Source: Callorhinchus milii (Eukaryota). Taken from it: a DNA stretch of 60,000 nucleotides. The number at the start of each line of letters is the position of its first letter. Position 1 is the first letter of the stretch. Location: the NCBI RefSeq assembly GCF_018977255.1, contig NW_024704743.1, forward strand, positions 20,338,001 through 20,398,000, in the 5' to 3' direction. The notes beneath the pieces were generated by a model that had not been told where the DNA came from, did not search any database, and saw only the letters and a program-made list of their open reading frames with translations. This document shows positions 51,408 through 60,000 of the stretch, in pieces. A program made the position numbers and the translations under genes.

Positions 51408-51701
51408 GGCGGGCAGGGCAGGGCAGGCAGGCAGGCAGGCAGGCAGGGCAGGGCAGGCAGGGCAGGCAGGCAGGGCAGGGCAGGGCAAGGCAAGGCAAGG
51501 CAAGGCAAGGCAAGGCAGGGCAGGCAGGGCAGGGCAGGGCAGGCAGGCAGGGCAGGCAGGCGGGCAGGGCAGGGCAGGCAGGGCAGGGCAGGGCAGGGCA
51601 GGGCAGGGCAGGCAGGGCAGGGGACGGCAAGGCAAGGCAGGCGGAGCGGGGCAGGCAGGGCAGGGGACGGCAAGGCAAGGCAGGCGGAGCGGGGCAGGCA
51701 G
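49911..51701. repeat. Interspersed GGGCA/GGCA/GGCAA expanded simple tandem repeat (~1.8 kb)
   Basis: Directly visible; no T on the + strand; ends in a 43-bp tandem duplication (starts ~51620 and ~51663). Confidence 0.98.
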
Positions 51702-51769
51702 AACGAGCAAGAGCGGGCGGGTTGTGTGATCTGGGCTCAGCTTTGTTCGCCGGGTTTGGGTTTGTATTA

Positions 51770-51930
51770 GGAGAGGAGAGGGGGGAGGATTGGGGGGGAG
51801 AAGGGAGGAGGAGGGGAGGAATGGGGGGAGAGGGTGGGGTGGGGGGGAGGATTGGGGGGGAGAGGGGAGGAGGAGGGGAGGAATGGGGGGAGAGGGTGTT
51901 GGGGGTGGGGGGGTGATGGGGGAGAGGGAC
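51770..51930 (+). repeat. G-tract-rich segment with a 62-bp direct duplication (G-quadruplex motif)
   Basis: Many G4-G7 runs with short spacers; GGAGGATTGGGGGGGAG..GGAATGGGGGGAGAGGGTG occurs twice at 62-bp offset. Confidence 0.9.
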
Positions 51931-52230
51931 AAACACAATTGTTGCTCGTACCACAGGGTCACAGAAGGTTTCTTTTCCAAGGATGCGACCAGGGATTTGG
52001 GGCATTTGTCTGCATTTGCAAATTTGCTTTTTTTTGTGAAAAATAAAATAATAATAATAATAAATGTAAATACGTGTGTGAAGGTAAATAAGCATTCCGG
52101 AAAGGTGGTAGAGCGTCACCTGCTGACCACCCACCCAAACACCATACAAGGAGAGGGTGAGACAAGGCTGTGGATGCAGAGGCGAAAGTCCTTGAAGTCA
52201 ACTGGTCAACAACGTGTAGAGGCGACTTTA

Positions 52231-53030
52231 CCCTCTCACTCACTCACCCTCTCACTCACTCACTCATCCACTCACTCACTCACTCACTCACTCACCCTCT
52301 CACTCACCCACTCACTTACCTAATCACTCACCCTCTCACTCACCCTCTCACTTACTCAATCACTCACTCACCCTCTCACTCACCCACTCACTTACTCAAT
52401 CACTCACTCACCCTCTCACTCACTCACTCACTCACTCACTCAATCATTCACTCACCCTCTCACTCACCCACTCACTTACTCAATCACTCACCCTCTCTCT
52501 TACTCAGTCACAACCTAACTCATCCTCTCTCTCACTCACTCATCCTCTCACTCACTCACTCACTCACCCTCTCACTCACTCACTCACTTACTCACTCATC
52601 CACTCACTCACTCACCCTCTCACTTACCCACTCACTTACCTAATCACTCACTCACCCTCTCACTCACCCACTCACTTTCTCAACCACTCACTCACCCTCT
52701 CCCTCACTCACTCAGTCACTTACCTCACTCACCCTCTAATTTACTCACTCACTCACTCACCCTCTCATTCACTCACCCTCTCAATCACTCACTCACCCTC
52801 TCAATCACTCACTCACACTCACTCACTCACCTTCTCTCACACTCACTCAGTCACTCACCTCACTCACCCTCTCACTCACCCTCTCACCCACTCACTCACT
52901 CACACTCACTCACGTACCTTCTTTCACACTCACTCAGTCACTCACCTCACTCAACCTCTCACTCACTCACTTACCTTCTCTCTCACTCATTCAGTCACTC
53001 ACCCTCTCACTCACCCTCTCACTCACTCCC
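52231..53030. repeat. Degenerate (CACT)n/(CACCCTCT)n tandem array
   Basis: Directly visible; the + strand is almost G-free. Confidence 0.97.
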
Positions 53031-56000
53031 ACGTCCCAGGGTTTCACCCATTCACGTCTCAAAAACACTCGCCTCTCCCCCCCCATAATAATAATAATGT
53101 TAATAATCAGTCAGCAATCATCAGGCACCGTTTCGTACACAGTTTGCAGATACTGTATTGCATTTGCTTCACCAGTCGCTGTGTGTGTGTGTGTGAGGGG
53201 GGCGTACAGTATTTTAAAAAAATGAAATGTTAAAGACACAAGTAATTATTATTATGATGGTGCTGATAATGCTGGGAGTTGCACTATATTAACCTCCAGC
53301 TGCTGCTGTTTCTACTGAACCCCCCCCCGCCCCCCCTCCACACTCCCTCACCCACACATACAATTAGAAAATATTTCTCCTTAACATCTGGATACACCGT
53401 ACACATGTTTGTATTTCGCACTGAATCGATTCAAATCTGCATCGTTATTTAAAGCGAAAGATTTGCCATTTGTCCCCCACCCCCCCCCACCCTCCCCACA
53501 CCCCCCCACCCTCCCCACCCCCTCATCAGCAAAACAAATAAATAATAGAAATCGGGTTAGAAACATCGCACAATCTACGGCCGAAAACTGCAGTGCTTTC
53601 TGAGTACATGACATTTTGCAGAGCCTTTCTAGTGTTCATGAACGTGTCCCCTTATGTCAGTGCAAGTGAAACCCATCAGAGGGACACTGTTATCAGTCGG
53701 GGACGGGGAATATGCCTTCATTTTAATGCTTCACTCAACAGATCACTTCTGACAGAAAGTGCAATCACTCAATAAAGTTAGGTGTAACGCTCGCTGGCGA
53801 GGAACGTGTATTTCTCGGTAGAGAGAAATACATTGATGGGTTCAGAGTTTTCCTTCTGTGAATTGCTATTGAAAAGGCTCCGATGAGATTGCAATCTTCA
53901 CGCAAACGGACTCTTCTGCCCATTCTTTTCGACTCTATATCCTAACTCCAACACTATTCCAAATGACACTCGTAAAATGTGACTGTAGCAAGACACACGA
54001 TAAATGAAATAATGGAGGATCCGACACATATAAAACCTATATTGAGATACGAACAGTTTCCACAATAAAATCTAGTTCACATATAATGAATATAAAGCTG
54101 AAGCCTTCTCTTCCTTTTCACCAAACGTGTAAAATGAAATTAACAAACCGAATGTCATTTTGCACTTTTAACCAACTATTGTTTATAATTCAGATCGAGT
54201 TCATGAATGCATAAAATATAAAGAACTGACATTTTCTATATTGGTTTGCATTTTATGAACAAAGATTTAAATGTGCATAACAATTAGAAATAGTTCAATG
54301 AAAAGTTGCAATAGAATATATTGGGTACCACAATAATTGAATACACATTTTAAAATGGAAGGGTTGAATTGATGTTATAACACGAACAAATTGTTTTAAA
54401 GTAGCTGCTAATTGTATTCATTTCCAGCTGTCTATGTTTGATGAGTAATCCAGGCTCTAGCAGCCATAAACAAAATAAATAGAAAATAACCAACCTTCTT
54501 AACTTGCAAACCTCCTATCTCAGTCAACAGTAACCCCTTGAAAATGTTATATTGTATTTCAAGTATATATTGATCATACCATATATACGATTTACACTTT
54601 TACCATACCTACCATTCTTAATGTAAAAAAGATTATATAGTAAAGTAATGGATTGCCTAGATATATATTGAGATTGAACACTATATTCTGTCTTTGACTC
54701 ATTCTGTTAGTTTGTTCTACATTGGTCACTTGGGCCAAAAGTATACAGTTGTATGAAGCATCCTCAACTTTTCTTTCAAAATGTATTATTTGTCAAAAAT
54801 GTGTCATGGGGCACATTCCCACATTATTAAAAAANTGTTTCAGGTCCTTGGATCAATCATGGACAGAATGTAAACTAGGGAACCTCAGTAATGCATTCCC
54901 TTCAGCAGTTATCACACTGTCCTGTAAAACAGGCCAGATGGTAAACTCTCAGTGCAAATATTTTGGAACTAGAAATTGTTTCAATAAAACAATAATTTAC
55001 ATCAGGGGAAAAAAAGCTATGTAATTAAGTAGACTTACCTCTAAAACTAATCAATGTACAGTGAAATGATAGCCATTGAGATTTAAACATAAGCGGAATT
55101 AGTGTTCTTTGAAATACTACTAATATTGCAATGCCATAAGTAGTTGAGATAAAGCTATTGCTTATTCTTTACTGTTAACAAAAAAGCTTAGCATTTGTAA
55201 GAAGGGTGCCTTTTATTTTAAATAAAATGAATAAGAGTAATTCATTCTACTACTGTGTTAAAGGTTGAAACAAAATTTGAAATACAAATAAATTGAAACT
55301 TAATGTACTATATTGATGATCAGACTACATTTTACCCCATTAATAATATTGAGAAAGTTAGTATAAGGATATCAAATCTCATTACGCAGATCTCATCTTG
55401 TTGTAACCCTTTTACCATTACTTTAGTGTTAAAATCTATCTGCCCTCCATAAAACGTCTTTAGGTGTGCCTGGCATCAGTGAACCTTGTCCAACCATAAG
55501 AATCAATGCAGATCAATTGAATTCCAGCTGGCCAGCACAGAATTTGATTTGAATTAACCACAAAAGAGTTCACACTGTGCATGATGCATGGCCCATACCT
55601 ACGTCAACATCTGGGGGCCAAACTCAAACCAATCATTTTTGTACATAGAACAATTGTCTAAAAAGTACATGTTTTCATACATATCAATGTGAATTTGTAC
55701 GAGAAAATGAGTGAGTGTATGCAAAATAAAGGATGAAAACATTTACACAGAATTTATAGTAGTGGTAACAATGTTGTTGGCAACAATAATGCTCCAAATG
55801 TTTGGTGCACAATAATCAAGTTTTTTCATCAATCGCTATTTCAAATGGTTGCAAGATTTGAAAGGAAAGGAAAACATCATTGAGCTCCTTGTCATACATA
55901 CATTTTATAACAAGCTTATTTTCAATGAACAGAATTAAAGGCAATGAATAGTTATTGCAAATACTGTCATTCAAAACATAACATTATTTATTAGCCTGAT

Positions 56001-59000
56001 CTCTTGTATGTATAGGATACTATTAGCAATTACACACAAAGTGTCATGCGAACAAAGTATTCTAATCCTGTTCAATTTATCGTTGTGGCTTTCTGATGGT
56101 GACATTTAACAGTAGCAGTACTTTGTTTTGCAAACCTTTGTCACATGTTCCCACTTGTCATATAAATATTTTTTTATCACTAACAGAAATGTTTTGAAAT
56201 CCACTAAATTGGAAACAAATTGAAAACACAATCATTTTTATATAGACTAACTTCTTTTTCCATATCAAGCGGTAAACATAGCATCAACTTTCAGTGAAAG
56301 TTAAAAACATTTAATTTATATTTATTTGTGTTTTGCAATGCAATTTGTAAAATTATAATTGTTTTTGTGAAATGCCTTTGGTTGATATTTGCAAAATCAT
56401 ACTTTCAACACCAACAAATTTCAATTATATATTGCCTTCTACGTCACTTTTCAACTCAACACGCGTGGACTTATAGCACACATTATACTTATAGCATGTC
56501 ATCTGACACGAGAGTATTATGAATCATTTATTTTACCTACTTTGACCAGTGTATCCATTGGGATTATACACCAAAATTCAACACGAAATGCAACAAATGT
56601 TGATAACTCTGCCTGTTGAACTCAATTCCATGTGTCATTTATACTTTCAAGCGAAACACCACCATCAAAGCTGGAAATTATAGTATGTTTACAGTTTTAG
56701 GAGTTGGTTAGTTTTCTGTTTAAAGAGCTTGATAACTTCCATGGGTATTCCAATTTGTCTTTCCACCCTACTATTTACAGTAATATTAGAACACATAAGT
56801 ATCTGTTTTTCAGATTAATGAAACCATTGCATTCATTTTAAAGTTAAAGACATTTACACCGAGAAATATGATCTGATCTAACCTAGAGTAAGACAAAACC
56901 ATTTTAGAATATTATTGTGACATCTTACTGATTTGTACCAATGTAAATGTTTATTAATCTTTTATTTATATGCATAGGAACTATGTAGGAAACAAATTCA
57001 TTGTGTCATCTTTTGTCACAGAAATATCAAATTGGACACTAAAATGACTGATTAATATTAAGCAATTAGCATTCTTAAACACTTATCACTTATTTTCAAA
57101 AAGCACAACAATTTAAATATTTAAAGGATGAGATGATTTTCAAATGTAAGATACAATGAAAAATAGAATTTTTTAGTTAGAGTGTGAGACATTTAAATTC
57201 TACCTCCCCTATTGCATTCACTGCTCTTAGGTGAAACTATTAACAAAAGTATTAGGTATTATGATTTTTAAATCTGGCTTAGACTAAATGCAACTTGATG
57301 TCAAACTATACCAAAAATAAAATATTTTTAGCATCAAACCCAACGGAATCCAAGTTTAAATTGTTTAAAATAATAATAATTATTAAAATGTATGCTAATT
57401 ATTATAATATCATTATTAAATTATTTCTATCTTCTAACACAACTTGGATTTTGGAAATGAAACCAAAATGTCTGAAATATATTACTGGACAGTAACAAAA
57501 AAGACTAATATTCCACTAATAAAAAAAATTATATTATAATATTCCTTGCAATCGACATAGTGCCATACTTAACAAATCTTCAAGAGCTTCGCAGTAAATT
57601 GTGTTGACAATTTTGTCGTCACAAATCTTGGGTAGCATGCTGTTTCTTTCCCTACATAACATTTGCCAGTCATTGTAGAGGGAGGTTGATTGGCATTACA
57701 TTTGTTTTAATTCATGCTACATCATGTAAGTTTTTAGTATCATTTGTATGTTTTTAACTGTGTATAAAGCAATATTTCAATAATATTTAACGTGCATCAG
57801 GAGTTTGAACTGTCACTTTATTGTATTTTATTTAATTTGTCCCCTCAGAACATTGATACTATAGATTTGCTCACCAGGCTGAACACAACTAATTCAAATT
57901 CTTTGTCCATTGTGAATACTGAATCTGGAATATAATATTCTGTTTCAAATAAAATGACAGCTAAAGAGCAGTAGTGCACTTACCCTCCAGAAATTGACAA
58001 TCTTTTCTTTCCTGACACTGAATCCGAGAATAAGAACACAAACTTTGCTCATATGATAATGATCATTATAATTTACTGCTTTTCAAAATGAACTTAGTAA
58101 CAGATGTAAATATACTGCCTGGAAGTGTGTAATCAAATCCCATCTTTTATTAGCCATAAAAAGAAAACTGTTTTTCTATGAGTTTCATGTGTTTCATTTT
58201 GATTCATTTAAATAGCAAGGTTCACATTCATAATGGTTTCACCTCCCATTTTTCCTGCTCCATAAAACAGATTGTAATTTGATACTGTCTGATTCATGTC
58301 CTAGTTTGGGAGCAAGTGATGTGTAAAGGCTGATCAATAATCCATTTACATGGCAGCAACACATTTAGTTTCATTGTAAGTTAATTGATTATGTTCTTTA
58401 GGCATAAGATATCTACTGAAACCATTTGACGAAGCAAATTCCCTCCCCCCTCATCTTATGAATTGGTTCATAACAAAGTAACTTAAAGATTGGCCTCACA
58501 AATAGCCAGGTGAGCTATTTGTTCCAGAATACATTGAGGAGGGTTTTAACTGGGTTGCTCTTTTTCTTTTCAAGCAACATCAGTTATAATGTATTAAATT
58601 AGTCTTTAAACCACATTACATTACACAATTATGTAGTTTCCTGTAAGAACAATACATTAAAGTGTCACATTTTTCTCGGCTTTAGAAAGCAATGCTGCCA
58701 CCTGCCCTGCTGACACCATGGAGTGACTTCTCCAATAACATACTCTACTGCTGATACCAGCTGCTGGATTACTGCATATATTTGCCATTGTATCATTTAT
58801 TGCATTGTATTTTGCAACAGAGTTCAAGACATATAAGAAAGATCAAAATATATTCTCCACTGATCAAGTAATTTGAATATTTGATTTAATTCAATTTGAT
58901 TCAGTAAGATTAAACTAAATTTGATTGTACTTATAGAAGGAATGTTATGAGCACCATCATGTAAATTGTGAGAAAATTAATAATTTATGGCATATTTTCA

Positions 59001-59584
59001 CCACAGTGACAAAAATATGCTTTGTCTGTTCTTTTACTTTCTTTGCTATCATTATTCTGGATTCCTGTCCAAACATTGATGGTAGGTGATAGAAAACATA
59101 AGGATACTTAAAACATCCATCTAATACAGAACCTGTATAGAGTGGCTGAGAAAGAGACAATCTTACTATGTGTTTTCTATAATTTTATTTTCATTGTTTT
59201 AAGAATGATCATAAATCTCTATCCATGTGGAATTTTTCTCGCTCCCAATGTGCTAATGTACCGTTCTTTTCGTTAACTGCATTTCAATCTATCAGCCGAG
59301 GAGAAAACAATCTTCAAAAGGACATGTAAATAGATGCTATTCTTACAATAGATAATTCTGCAAAGTAGTAGATTTTTCTTGCTTATGTAGTTTTCTTCAT
59401 GCAGTATTTTTCTGGCTACTTAAACTACAATTTTTGTTAAAATACTTAGTATCAAGATGGTATTTTTATATGGTGAAAATTGACTTTAAATAAATATATA
59501 GAATAGTAGCAGATTAAATAAGAAAGGTAGCCAAGTTATTCTAGGAAATAATAATTAATAATCATTGAATTCAATATCATGCCT

Positions 59585-59760
59585 TATTATGTTGTCAAAA
59601 TGTCTCAAAGAACTTCACAGAATTTTTCTGTAAGGTGTAGTTGTGTATTCATAGGTGAACATTTGCACAGCCAATTTGCAACCGCCACAAAAGTGAATGA
59701 CCAATTTTGTCTGGGGAATTGTTGACCAGAACACTGGGAGAAACAATTCCCTTCTCCTCT
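59585..59760 (-). mobile_element. Diverged DeuSINE fragment
   Basis: TGTCTCAAAGAACTTCACAG, CAGCCAATTTGCA and TTGTTGACCAGAACACTGGGAGAA. Confidence 0.6.
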
Positions 59761-59824
59761 TCTCAGCCAGATGGGACCTTGATTTTTAATCAAGTTTAAA
59801 ACCCCCAAAAAAGTTTAAAAAGTT

Positions 59825-59920
59825 TTTAACCATTTCTGAAATGCTGTACTCTGTCCAGTGCCTTGGGACGTCCTCCCGATGTGAAGGGCGCTATACAAAT
59901 GTAATCTTGTTGTTGTTGTT
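59825..59920 (+). mobile_element. L2 3' tail
   Basis: CTGTCCAGTGCCTTGGGACGTCCTCCCGATGTGAAGGGCGCTATACAAATG..(GTT)n. Confidence 0.85.
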
Positions 59921-60000
59921 AACATCTCATCTAAAGGAAGGCAACTTTGATGTTTGGTGCAGTTAATGGATGAGAGGAGGGGGCAAAATGTGGCAAATTC

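Noticed and set aside
48832..52149. Very long ORFs (1105, 784, 645, 635 and 611 aa) with PCPAL/GQGRA repeats, superficially keratin-associated, metallothionein or silk-like
   Set aside because: The repeats have no T on + and no A on -, so stops cannot occur in any frame. All frames on both strands are open, units are 4-5 nt rather than codon multiples, and there is no splice or start context.
52170..52643. THSL-repeat ORFs
   Set aside because: Translation of (CACT)n.
54835..54835. Single N base
   Set aside because: Assembly ambiguity or join, not biological. Contiguity across it should be treated with mild caution.

Overview
This is eukaryotic, vertebrate DNA. The repeat repertoire (tRNA-derived DeuSINEs with an L2 tail, plus L2 and CR1 LINE fragments) points to a cartilaginous fish, most likely a chimaera; that assignment is inference. 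The only protein-coding sequence I can support is coding exon 1 of DNAJC1 (ERdj1/MTJ1) on the minus strand at 29418-29576, inside a CpG- and microsatellite-rich promoter island. Bases 1-29417 are presumably its long first intron; I found no exon 2. Bases 1-36500 are dense with nested SINE, L2 and CR1 insertions and an unclassified dispersed repeat. The remainder is a repeat-poor intergenic region containing one intact tRNA-Asn(GTT) gene (48530-48603, minus strand). Beside the tRNA lies a ~4.2 kb strand-asymmetric compound tandem-repeat block: GA/CA, then GGGCA/GGCA/GGCAA, then G-tracts, then CACT. The long ORFs in that block are artefacts of base composition. I found no convincing novel protein-coding system. 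The best leads are the tRNA/repeat regulatory island, possible deep synteny of the tRNA with DNAJC1, modular SINE evolution, and the unclassified repeat family.
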